Made by a program: the position numbers and the translations under genes. Below, piece after piece: positions 9,850 through 17,929 of a DNA stretch of 22,993 bases. The notes under the pieces were generated by a model. It ran no database searches, was not told the DNA's origin, and was given only the letters and a program-made list of their open reading frames with translations. Each line of letters opens with the position of its first letter. Positions within the stretch are counted from its first letter, which is position 1. Origin of the DNA: Candidatus Pampinifervens sinense (GTDB lineage Bacteria > Aquificota > Aquificia > Aquificales > Aquificaceae); the NCBI GenBank assembly GCA_037927135.1, contig JAXSPP010000003.1, forward strand, positions 167,623 through 190,615. Reading direction: 5' to 3'.

Positions 9850-12144
9850 ATGGAAATCATAACAGTTCCCATAGAAGAAGAGGTAAAGCAGTCTTACATA
9901 GACTATGCAATGTCCGTTATAGTGGGCAGGGCCATACCCGATGTGAGGGATGGCCTAAAGCCTGTCCAAAGAAGGATACTATATGCGATGCACGAAATGG
10001 GCCTGTATCCGGATAAGCCTTTTGTAAAGAGTGCAAGAATAGTTGGTGCCGTCCTAGGACACTACCACCCTCATGGAGATCAGGCTGTCTATGAAGCTCT
10101 AGTGCGTATGGCCCAGGACTTTAACATGAACTATCCACTCATAATAGGGCAAGGGAATTTTGGTTCTATAGATGGTGATCCTCCAGCGGCCATGAGGTAT
10201 ACGGAGGCAAAGCTGTCTAAGTATGCGGTAGAACTTCTGGAGGATATTGATAAAAATACGGTAGATTTCGTTCCGAACTTTGACGGCTCCACATGGGAGC
10301 CTTCTGTGTTGCCTTCCAAGTTTCCAAACCTTCTATGCAACGGGAGCAGTGGTATAGCTGTGGGGCTTGCTACTTCCATACCACCCCACAACCTAAAGGA
10401 AGTGTGCCAAGCACTTGTGGAGCTGGCAAAAAACCCAGATCTTACCACTCAAGAAATTATGAAATACATAAAAGGCCCAGATTTTCCGACGGGGGGTATT
10501 GTGGAGAATTATTCGGAGCTTGTAGAGTTTTATGAAAAGGGGAGGGGTCAGGTCAGGATAAGGGCAAAGGCCCATATAGAAAAGCTATCTGGTGGAAGAG
10601 AACAGATAGTGATAACTGAGCTACCTTATCAAGTCAATAAGGCGGAGCTCATAAAGCGCATTGCAGAACTTGCTAGGGAAGGTAAGCTAAAAGAGATTTC
10701 GGAGATAAGGGATGAGTCGGATAGGGAAGGGATAAGGATAGTGATAGAGTTAAAGAGGGATGCGGAAGGTGAGAAGACATTGGATAAGCTCTACAAGCTT
10801 ACAGCTTTAAAAAAGAACTTTCCTTTAAACTTTGTGGTTTTAATAAACGGCGAGCCAAGGCTGGTTGGCATAAAGACCCTACTCCAGGAGTTTATAAAAC
10901 ATAGGCTGGAGGTCATACTACGAAGGGCCAAGTTCTTCCTTTCAAAGGCAAAAGAAAGGTTGCATATAGTGGAAGGTCTTCTAATCGCGCTGAATAACTT
11001 GGACAAGGTTATAGAGGACATAAGGAGCTCTTCCGACGTTCAAGAGGCCAGAGAAAGGCTTATGCAGAAGTATAAGCTTACCCAAGTTCAGGCAAACGCT
11101 GTGTTGGATATGAGGCTACAAAGGCTAACATCCTTGGAAAGGAGTAAGCTGGAGGAGGAGGAAAGGGATCTAAAGAAGAAGATAGAGTATTATACAAGGC
11201 TGGTAGAGGATGAGGGAGAGAGGATAAAGGTCTTTATAGAGGAGACTAACGAACTTGTCCAAAAGTTTAACACACCAAGGAAAACGCTGATAGAAGAACT
11301 TCAAACGGAAGAGGAGGGATCACTTACTGTGGTTATCTACACAAAAGGTAAGGTTCTGCCTTTGGAAAGTTTGGAGGAAGGTGAAGAGGTAGTAGATGTT
11401 CTTACTGTGCCCTTCACAAGCGGTCTTTTTATGGTATCCGATATGGGAAGGGTTTATTGGATAGCAGGATCCCAAGCCCTAAGAGGAAGCTTTCTATCTT
11501 TTAAGGATGCTGAAGAAAAAATAGTTGGTGCCTTCGTGAGGTCTTCTGTGGATGGGAGGATACTCTTAGCAACGCAGATGGGTTATGTGAAAAAGATACC
11601 CCTTGTGGATTTTGAATACAGGTCTCAGGGCATGCAGATAATAAAGTTTTCGGAAGAGGAGGATAGGGTAGCTAAGGTGGTGCAAGCGCCAGAGGAGGGT
11701 GACGTGCTCTTGTTTACCTATAGGGGTAGGTTGCTCAGGTTCCCAGCAAAGGAGATTCCTCCCTCCACGCCCAACTCTAGAGGTGTCCAAGGCATTAAGC
11801 TTGAAAAGGGTGATATGGTGGTGGGGATAAGGGCTTTAAAGGATGCGGAGTACCTTTTGGTGATAACGGAGGACGGTGGGGTAAAGAAGGTTTCCCTTCA
11901 AGAGGTGCCTCAAAGGGGAAGGGCCACAAAGGGTGTGGAGGTTCTTGGGTCTTCAAGGGAAAGGCTTGTAGATGTGGTTCCCATAAGAGGCTCTGTAGAG
12001 CTCATGATAGCCACAAAGGAAGGTAGGGTCTTTTATGATAGGTTGGAGGAGAGAAGCTTGCCTTTGAGCAGGCTTGACCAGAGGGCAAAGAGAAGGTGGG
12101 ATCTTGGAGAGGATAAGATTGCAAGGGTGGTGGTAAAGGAGTAA
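9850..12144 (+). CDS. gyrA: Type IIA topoisomerase subunit A (GyrA/ParC)
   Basis: [29 protein letters not shown] catalytic Tyr, C-terminal beta-pinwheel repeats. The GyrA-box is not seen at the canonical position, so activity may be topo IV-like. Confidence 0.9.
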   Translation: MEIITVPIEEEVKQSYIDYAMSVIVGRAIPDVRDGLKPVQRRILYAMHEMGLYPDKPFVKSARIVGAVLGHYHPHGDQAVYEALVRMAQDFNMNYPLIIGQGNFGSIDGDPPAAMRYTEAKLSKYAVELLEDIDKNTVDFVPNFDGSTWEPSVLPSKFPNLLCNGSSGIAVGLATSIPPHNLKEVCQALVELAKNPDLTTQEIMKYIKGPDFPTGGIVENYSELVEFYEKGRGQVRIRAKAHIEKLSGGREQIVITELPYQVNKAELIKRIAELAREGKLKEISEIRDESDREGIRIVIELKRDAEGEKTLDKLYKLTALKKNFPLNFVVLINGEPRLVGIKTLLQEFIKHRLEVILRRAKFFLSKAKERLHIVEGLLIALNNLDKVIEDIRSSSDVQEARERLMQKYKLTQVQANAVLDMRLQRLTSLERSKLEEEERDLKKKIEYYTRLVEDEGERIKVFIEETNELVQKFNTPRKTLIEELQTEEEGSLTVVIYTKGKVLPLESLEEGEEVVDVLTVPFTSGLFMVSDMGRVYWIAGSQALRGSFLSFKDAEEKIVGAFVRSSVDGRILLATQMGYVKKIPLVDFEYRSQGMQIIKFSEEEDRVAKVVQAPEEGDVLLFTYRGRLLRFPAKEIPPSTPNSRGVQGIKLEKGDMVVGIRALKDAEYLLVITEDGGVKKVSLQEVPQRGRATKGVEVLGSSRERLVDVVPIRGSVELMIATKEGRVFYDRLEERSLPLSRLDQRAKRRWDLGEDKIARVVVKE

Positions 12145-12147
12145 GAA

Positions 12148-12156
12148 TGGTATAAT
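12148..12156 (+). promoter_or_regulatory. Extended -10 (TGgTATAAT) 6 nt before leuD ATG, probable leaderless promoter
   Basis: TGGTATAAT-tttccc-ATG, with no Shine-Dalgarno between the -10 and the start. Confidence 0.65.
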
Positions 12157-12162
12157 TTTCCC

Positions 12163-12666
12163 ATGGTTATAAGAGGTAGAGTTTGGAAGTTTGGAGACAA
12201 CGTAGACACAGACCAGATAATACCTGCAAGATATTTGAACACTTCAGACCCCTATGAGCTTGCCCAGCATGTGATGGAAGATTCAGAACATCCCAACTTT
12301 GCCAAGGAACACAAGGAAGGCGACATTATAGTGGCAGGCAGGAACTTTGGCTCCGGCTCTTCCAGAGAGCATGCTCCTATTGCCATAAAGTACGCTGGTG
12401 TGCCTGTAGTCATTGCTAAGTCCTTCGCAAGGATATTCTTTAGAAATGCCATAAACATAGGGCTTCCTATAGTGGAGGCTCCACAGGCGGTAGATGAAAT
12501 AGATCACGGTGATGAGGTGGAAGTGGATCTGGAAAAGGGTATAGTGAGAAACCTCACTAAAGGAAAAGAATACCAAGCCACAAGGTTTCCAGAGACCCTT
12601 ATGGCTATATTAAAGGCCGGTGGCCTTATGGAGTATGCCAAAGAGAAGCTAAGGGCTAATGGATAA
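12163..12666 (+). CDS. leuD: 3-isopropylmalate dehydratase small subunit (short LeuD/HacB type)
   Basis: [43 protein letters not shown]. Confidence 0.9.
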   Translation: MVIRGRVWKFGDNVDTDQIIPARYLNTSDPYELAQHVMEDSEHPNFAKEHKEGDIIVAGRNFGSGSSREHAPIAIKYAGVPVVIAKSFARIFFRNAINIGLPIVEAPQAVDEIDHGDEVEVDLEKGIVRNLTKGKEYQATRFPETLMAILKAGGLMEYAKEKLRANG

Positions 12667-13201
12667 GGAAAGGCTTAAGGCTCTTATAAAGGAAAGGTCG
12701 CTAAAGGTGGCAGAAGAGCCCATCTTTAAACTCTCTTCCGGAAGGTTAAGCAGGTATTACATAGACCTAAAGCAGATCACCTTTGACCCAGAAAGCCTTT
12801 ATATGCTTGGTAGAATAATGTATGAAAGCATAAAAGACTTAAGGCCCGATGGAGTAGGTGGCCTTACCCTTGGTGCAGACCCTATAGCCTACTCTGTGGC
12901 CATGATATCCTACATGGAAGGAGATCCAATAAAGCCCTTTGTGGTAAGAAAGGAGCCAAAGGCCCATGGCACAGGAAGGCAGATAGAAGGATTGTTGAAG
13001 GCTGGGGACAGGGTGGTGGTCTTTGAAGATGTTATAACCACTGGAGCCTCCGCCCTAAAGGCTGTTCAAGCCTGTCAAAAAGAAGGCTATGAGGTTCTAT
13101 GCGTTTATGCAGTGGTAGACAGGGAAGAGGGCGGAAGGGAGAACTTGGAAAGGGAAGGGCTAAAGGTTTTCTCCCTTTTTAAGGTCTCAGACCTACTATG
13201 A
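12659..13201 (+). CDS. pyrE: Orotate phosphoribosyltransferase
   Basis: FKLSSGRLSRYYID, VRKEPKAHG, VVVFEDVITTGAS PRPP loop, VVDREEGG. Confidence 0.94.
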   Translation: MDKERLKALIKERSLKVAEEPIFKLSSGRLSRYYIDLKQITFDPESLYMLGRIMYESIKDLRPDGVGGLTLGADPIAYSVAMISYMEGDPIKPFVVRKEPKAHGTGRQIEGLLKAGDRVVVFEDVITTGASALKAVQACQKEGYEVLCVYAVVDREEGGRENLEREGLKVFSLFKVSDLL

Positions 13202-13923
13202 ACATAATTTTTCTTTCCTCTTTGCTCCTTTTGGGAACCTTTCTTGGAAGCCTTATTGCCGTACTTTTTAAAAGGTCCTTTATAAGCGTGGGGCCAGCCC
13301 TCTCTTTTACCGGTGGTGTTATGCTTGTGGCCAGTTTTACAAGCCTTATACTGCCTGGCATAAAGATAGGTGGCTTTTGGTCTGTGGCTTTGGGCATTGT
13401 GCTGGGCTTTGCCCTTATGGCCCTCATAGAAAACCTTGTGCCTCATGAACATACCGTAAAGGGTAAGGAAGGCCTTTCTCATAAAAGGATAAATAAAATC
13501 TACCTTATAGTCTTTGCGGTGATAATACACAACATACCGGAGGGTCTTAGCGTTGGCATAGCCTCTTCCTACTCTATGAATAAAGGGCTTGAAACCGCCA
13601 TAGCCATAGCACTTCAAGACGTACCAGAAGGCCTCATAGTAAGCCTTCCACTTATGGTCATAAGCGAGAAGGTGCTTATACCCTTATGGATAGGCTTTTT
13701 AAGTGGTCTTATTGAGGCCATCTTTTCACTTTTTGGCTATACCTTTTTTGAACACTTTAACAGCCTTTTGCCCATAGGCCTTGGCTTTGGTGGTGGTGCC
13801 ATGATATACATAACGGCCAAGGAGGTTTTCCCAGAGGCCTACTCGGAAGAAAAACATACCCAATCCACAATAGCTTTTCTTGTAGGATTACTGCTTATGC
13901 TTCTTCTGGATACCTCACTTTAG
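13198..13923 (+). CDS. ZIP/ZupT-family divalent metal transporter
   Basis: GGVMLVASF, PHEH, IIHNIPEGLSVG, IALQDVPEGL, GGAMIYI; multiple TM segments. Confidence 0.92.
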   Translation: MNIIFLSSLLLLGTFLGSLIAVLFKRSFISVGPALSFTGGVMLVASFTSLILPGIKIGGFWSVALGIVLGFALMALIENLVPHEHTVKGKEGLSHKRINKIYLIVFAVIIHNIPEGLSVGIASSYSMNKGLETAIAIALQDVPEGLIVSLPLMVISEKVLIPLWIGFLSGLIEAIFSLFGYTFFEHFNSLLPIGLGFGGGAMIYITAKEVFPEAYSEEKHTQSTIAFLVGLLLMLLLDTSL

Positions 13924-14733
13924 GGCGTTCTGCACCAATGTGGGTATGAGGTGCACATTGTGGCATCTATAACAGTATTGCTCTATCTCCGACATTTGTC
14001 TAAAGACAGCTTCTCTGTTTACCTGCTGAGCCTTTAAGGCCCTTTGTAAGTTGTCAAGGGAAGTAAGATAGTCCTTGCCAGCAAGGGCTTCTATGGATGC
14101 TTTAGAGGTGTGGCATTTAGTACACATGGTATTTAGCTGTTTTGCCCTCTCTACAAAGTTGTCTCCATGCTCTTTTGCCTTTGCCACATCGCCTTGCATA
14201 AGGAATACCCTAAGGGACTTCATAGAATCGGAAAGCTTCTTCATATAGTCTTTTACCTTCAGCTCCTGCAATTCTACTGGATCTTCAATCCTTATATTGT
14301 CATACCTTGGAAAGTGATAGTATAGCTTTACCACCGCTTGGTTTTCTTGATGGCATTTATTACAGGTTTGGCCAAGGTCCCTCATAGCCTTTATGACCGC
14401 ATCCACATTCCTTGATTGGACAGCCTTTACCAAGTTGTCTGCCAAGACAGGCTTATAGTATTCCCTCCACTCTGGCACCATCCTTGCACTCTCTTCATAG
14501 GCCTTCTTTAGCTGGCTTGCCCAATCAAGGGCCTTGTCCCACCTTCCTTCGTTTATGTTTAGGCTTATCCCATGGAGGGCTGTGCTCATAGTGTGCATAT
14601 TGGATAGAAACTCCATCCTCTGAGATCTGGGAGGGTAATACTTTTCAAGGGACTTGGGTGGCCTCTTCATCACTATCTGCTGTGAAAAGGAAAAGCCCAA
14701 AAGCAGGCTTATCAAAACCAAAGACCTTTTCAT
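13915..14733 (-). CDS. Exported triheme c-type cytochrome
   Basis: N-terminal signal peptide (MKRSLVLISLLLGFSFSQQ) and three CxxCH motifs (CNKCH, CTKCH, CYRCH). Confidence 0.82.
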   Translation of the reverse strand: MKRSLVLISLLLGFSFSQQIVMKRPPKSLEKYYPPRSQRMEFLSNMHTMSTALHGISLNINEGRWDKALDWASQLKKAYEESARMVPEWREYYKPVLADNLVKAVQSRNVDAVIKAMRDLGQTCNKCHQENQAVVKLYYHFPRYDNIRIEDPVELQELKVKDYMKKLSDSMKSLRVFLMQGDVAKAKEHGDNFVERAKQLNTMCTKCHTSKASIEALAGKDYLTSLDNLQRALKAQQVNREAVFRQMSEIEQYCYRCHNVHLIPTLVQNALK

Positions 14734-14778
14734 CCTTCCACCCCCTGATGTTGTTTAGAAAAAAAATATAATATACTC

Positions 14779-15759
14779 ATGCATTTTTCAATACTTGGTG
14801 GAGGGCGCTGGGGCTGTGCCTTGGCCTCCCATCTTGGAAGGCTGGGACACAAAACCCTTATCTTTGAAAAGAACCCAGAGGTGATAGAGCTTATAAACAG
14901 GGGAAGACATCCTTATGTGGAAGGAGTAGAACTAAAAGATGCACAAGCTACCCATGACCTTGAGGAAGCCCTTAGCTTTTCCGATTATATAATCCTCGCT
15001 CTTCCCGTTCAGGTCATAAGGGAAGTGCTTAAAGGGAAAAGCTTTAAAGGCAAGAGGGTGATATCTGCCTCAAAGGGTCTTGAGATAAGCACAAGGAAGA
15101 GGGTTTCAGAGATACTTCTGGAGATAGATCCAAAGGTGGAGGTCTTTTGCCTTTCTGGACCTTCCTTTGCCAGCGAGGTTTCAAGGGGGCTTCCTACAGC
15201 GCTCGTTTTAGCTGGAGAAAATGTGGAGGAGATGGAAAGGATAAGAGGTTGGATCGGTTCAGAGAACTTCAGAGTATACCTTTCTACGGACCTTGTGGGT
15301 GTAGAGCTTGGCGGTGCTTTAAAGAATGTGATAGCCATAGCCTGTGGTATATCGGACGGCCTTGGCTTTGGGGAGAACGCTAGGGCCTCCCTTATAACAA
15401 GGGGTCTTGCAGAGATGGTAAGGATAGGGGTAAGTCTTGGGGCAAGGAGGGAGACCTTTTATGGCCTCTCTGGTGTGGGAGACCTCTTTTTGACAGCAAG
15501 CTCTTCCCAATCAAGAAACAGAAGCTTTGGCTACATGCTGGGCAAAGGCCTTTCTGTAGAGGAAGCGCTAAAGAAGCTAAACCAGACTGTGGAGGGAGTG
15601 CATACAGTAAGGGCAGTCTATGAACTTTCCATCTCTTTAAAAATACATGCTCCCATTAGCCTTGCCGTCTACAAGGTTGTGGTGGAAGGCCTTCCTGCCC
15701 ATGAGGTGGCTCTTGAGCTTCTAAGAAGGCCTCCTCAGTCTCCCTTTGAGACCCTATGA
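14779..15759 (+). CDS. gpsA: NAD(P)H-dependent glycerol-3-phosphate dehydrogenase
   Basis: ILGGGRWG Rossmann motif, SASKGLE, LSGPSFA, GGALKNVIAIACG, GVGDLFLT, SRNR. Confidence 0.95.
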   Translation: MHFSILGGGRWGCALASHLGRLGHKTLIFEKNPEVIELINRGRHPYVEGVELKDAQATHDLEEALSFSDYIILALPVQVIREVLKGKSFKGKRVISASKGLEISTRKRVSEILLEIDPKVEVFCLSGPSFASEVSRGLPTALVLAGENVEEMERIRGWIGSENFRVYLSTDLVGVELGGALKNVIAIACGISDGLGFGENARASLITRGLAEMVRIGVSLGARRETFYGLSGVGDLFLTASSSQSRNRSFGYMLGKGLSVEEALKKLNQTVEGVHTVRAVYELSISLKIHAPISLAVYKVVVEGLPAHEVALELLRRPPQSPFETL

Positions 15760-15865
15760 GCTCACCATAAAAATAGTACTCTCCGCATGATTCACACCTG
15801 TAAATACCCCCACCACAACACTCTATGATCTCAAGCAAAGCACCACAGTTGGGACAGCTCTCCAT
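15656..15865 (-). CDS. Small Cys-rich zinc-ribbon protein
   Basis: CPNCG...CCGGG...CESCG in the first 30 aa, which lie in the gpsA/AI-2E gap. Candidate -10 (TAAATT) 7 nt before the ATG. 3' end overlaps gpsA by 104 bp. Confidence 0.6.
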   Translation of the reverse strand: MESCPNCGALLEIIECCGGGIYRCESCGEYYFYGELIGSQRETEEAFLEAQEPPHGQEGLPPQPCRRQG

Positions 15866-15883
15866 AGCTTATAATTTATCTCC

Positions 15884-16969
15884 GTGAAGGAAAAAATCTT
15901 CCTTTACTTTCTCCTAGCGCTAACAGGCTTTTTCACAGCCTTAGTGCTCATCATGCTCCTTCCCTTCCTAAAGCCTATCCTTTGGGCCATCATATTCTCC
16001 CTTGTCCTCTATCCTATACACCTTAAGCTCTCCCGTAGGGTGGGAAACCTAGCTTCTGCCCTCCTTTTGACTTTGACCGTTCTGCTTCTGGCGGTCATAC
16101 CCTTCAGCCTTGTTCTGTTCTTTGCCATAAGACAATCCATAGACCTTCTACAGCTTGCCATAAGCCTCACCCAAAACAGCTCCTACATAGACTTTATAAA
16201 AGAGGCGTTAAAGCATCCCATCATAGGAAAGCTTTTCACAGAAGAGGAGATAGGGAGGTTTCTATCCTACATAGAATCTGAGGAGTTTAAAAACTTTCTA
16301 GTGGCTGGTCTAAGGGATCTTGCCCAAAGGGGCCTCAATCTTTTAGCTTCCCTCGTTCCAGCTGTAGCGAGCTTTGTCTTCAAAACCTTTGTCTTTCTTA
16401 TCACCCTCTTCTTTATCTTAAAGGATGGTCCAAGGTTTATGCACTTTGCCAAAAGGTTCCTACCTATGCACAGAGAGGATGTGGAGGAGGTGTCTATCAC
16501 CATATACAAGACTGTAATTGCTACCGTTTATGGTTCTATAGGTGTGGCCATAGCTCAAGGCATACTGAGTTTTATAGGCTATAAGATAGTGGGCGTTGAT
16601 TATGCTTTACTGCTCGCTTTGGCCACCTTCATAAGCTCCTTTATACCACCCTTTGGTGCAGCCTTCGTTTGGTTCCCTGTAGCTGTCTACACCTTTTCCA
16701 CAAAAGGTCTATACAGTGGATCCATAATGTTCCTTTATGGATCCCTTATAATCTCAACTGTAGACAACTTTGTAAGACCTCTCATAATGAAGATGGGCAT
16801 AAGCATACCTTATATAGTCCTCTTCTTTTCCATAGTGGGGGGCCTACTCACCTTTGGCTTTGTAGGTATATTCCTTGGCCCCCTCATCTTTACTACTCTC
16901 TTTACCCTTGCTCTGATCTACGAAAAGAGGATCCTAAAAGAAGATATCACTCAAGACCGTGCATCTTAA
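15884..16969 (+). CDS. AI-2E family transporter
   Basis: PFLKPILWA, FFILKDG, SFIPPFGAAFVWFP, VDNFVRP, GGLLTFGFVGIFLGP. Confidence 0.9.
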   Translation: MKEKIFLYFLLALTGFFTALVLIMLLPFLKPILWAIIFSLVLYPIHLKLSRRVGNLASALLLTLTVLLLAVIPFSLVLFFAIRQSIDLLQLAISLTQNSSYIDFIKEALKHPIIGKLFTEEEIGRFLSYIESEEFKNFLVAGLRDLAQRGLNLLASLVPAVASFVFKTFVFLITLFFILKDGPRFMHFAKRFLPMHREDVEEVSITIYKTVIATVYGSIGVAIAQGILSFIGYKIVGVDYALLLALATFISSFIPPFGAAFVWFPVAVYTFSTKGLYSGSIMFLYGSLIISTVDNFVRPLIMKMGISIPYIVLFFSIVGGLLTFGFVGIFLGPLIFTTLFTLALIYEKRILKEDITQDRAS

Positions 16970-17585
16970 GGTTCTCCTTTATCTTATGGAGTAGCTCCGC
17001 TGGGTTCTTTATGGGAAATTCAAGCTCTTGAATAACCTCCCTTGCCGTCCTACCCTTTATATAGACATTTTCCAGCTTATCCAATATGGCTTCTGCAGAG
17101 TTTATAGGAAAGTCCGTACCCTTTAACCTCTTTAAAACCATATAAGCCCAAGGCACATCCAAGGCATAGGCTACCCTTTCACAGTATTGGAGGAAAACCT
17201 TAGATTCTTCTTGCCCTTCCTTCACAAGCTTGTATGCGAGCTTTGCCACACCACCTGCAGTATGCACTTTTAATTCCTTCCTTTCCTCTTCTATAAGTTC
17301 TTCAATGCTCTTTAGCTTCTCCATCACCTTGTTTGGGTCTGCCCTCAGTATGTTCCTTACCGTTTGAATGGTAAGTCCTACCTTTTGGGCTATCTCTTCC
17401 TCAGTCTTAAAATACTCCTCCCTCAACACCACACAGTAAACGGCCCTCGCAAGGGAAGGAAGCCAAGTGAGGGTCTTGTAGTCTGCAAGCTTAGAAAGGC
17501 CCCCAAGCACATCAATGGACTTTAAAAAGACTCTGAGCACCAGAGCTTCCAGGTCTTGTTCTACAGGTTGTGCTATTACTACCAT
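16947..17585 (-). CDS. Probable HTH regulatory protein (resembles the 'near-KaiC' domain family, TIGR03879-like)
   Basis: LTWLPSLARA...KTEEEIAQKVGLTIQTVRNILR...HTAGGVAK HTH pattern. AAGGAGGTG RBS. Family call is from memory. Confidence 0.6.
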   Translation of the reverse strand: MVVIAQPVEQDLEALVLRVFLKSIDVLGGLSKLADYKTLTWLPSLARAVYCVVLREEYFKTEEEIAQKVGLTIQTVRNILRADPNKVMEKLKSIEELIEEERKELKVHTAGGVAKLAYKLVKEGQEESKVFLQYCERVAYALDVPWAYMVLKRLKGTDFPINSAEAILDKLENVYIKGRTAREVIQELEFPIKNPAELLHKIKENLKMHGLE

Positions 17586-17607
17586 GTTTCACCTCCTTTT
17601 TTAAAAA

Positions 17608-17680
17608 TCGGGGTGACGGGACTTGAACCCGTGACCTCTGGCCCCCCATGCCAGCGCGCTGCCGCCTGCGCCACACCCCG
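17608..17680 (-). tRNA. tRNA-Pro(GGG), CCA not encoded
   Basis: Minus strand: CGGGGTG acceptor stem, GCGC D-stem, CTGGC-AT GGG GG-GCCAG anticodon arm, ACGGG-TTCAAGT-CCCGT T-arm, CACCCCG-A. Confidence 0.95.
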
Positions 17681-17686
17681 TTAAAT

Positions 17687-17929
17687 TTAAATTTTAGAAC
17701 GTTTTAAGCCATATTTCAACTTAAAAAGAAGCTTTTTGCTTGGTCTGAAGACGATCCTTTTTTCCCCTCTTCTAAAGCTTCCAAAGCCAGATATTTTGAC
17801 CTTTTCACCAGAAAGTAAAGCTTGGCTCAACTTTTTTATGATAAAATTTACCATGCTGTAGACTTTCCTTTTTGGAAAATTGGGAAAGTGATCCCTATGT
17901 AGCCTTTCCGCTATAGCCTTTCTTTTCAT
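17687..17929 (-). CDS. HU/IHF-family DNA-binding protein with shortened arm
   Basis: LSQALLSGEKVKISGFGSF and IVFRPSKKL HU/IHF motifs. Translationally coupled to rpsA (4-bp overlap). Confidence 0.8.
   Translation of the reverse strand: MKRKAIAERLHRDHFPNFPKRKVYSMVNFIIKKLSQALLSGEKVKISGFGSFRRGEKRIVFRPSKKLLFKLKYGLKRSKI
17691..17719 (-). promoter_or_regulatory. Sigma70-type promoter for tRNA-Pro, inside the HU-like gene 3' end
   Basis: Minus strand TTGAAA (17719-17714), 17 nt, TAAAAT (17696-17691), ending 10 nt before the tRNA 5' end. Confidence 0.55.

Noticed and set aside
12163-12666. leuD without adjacent leuC as an anomaly
   Set aside because: Dispersed biosynthetic genes are normal in Aquificae.
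13105-13617. 170-aa antisense ORF over pyrE/ZIP
   Set aside because: Shadow of well-supported genes on the opposite strand, with no motifs.
17604-17608. Missing CCA on tRNA-Pro as a sign of pseudogenisation
   Set aside because: The cloverleaf is intact, and CCA is added enzymatically in many bacteria including Aquificae.
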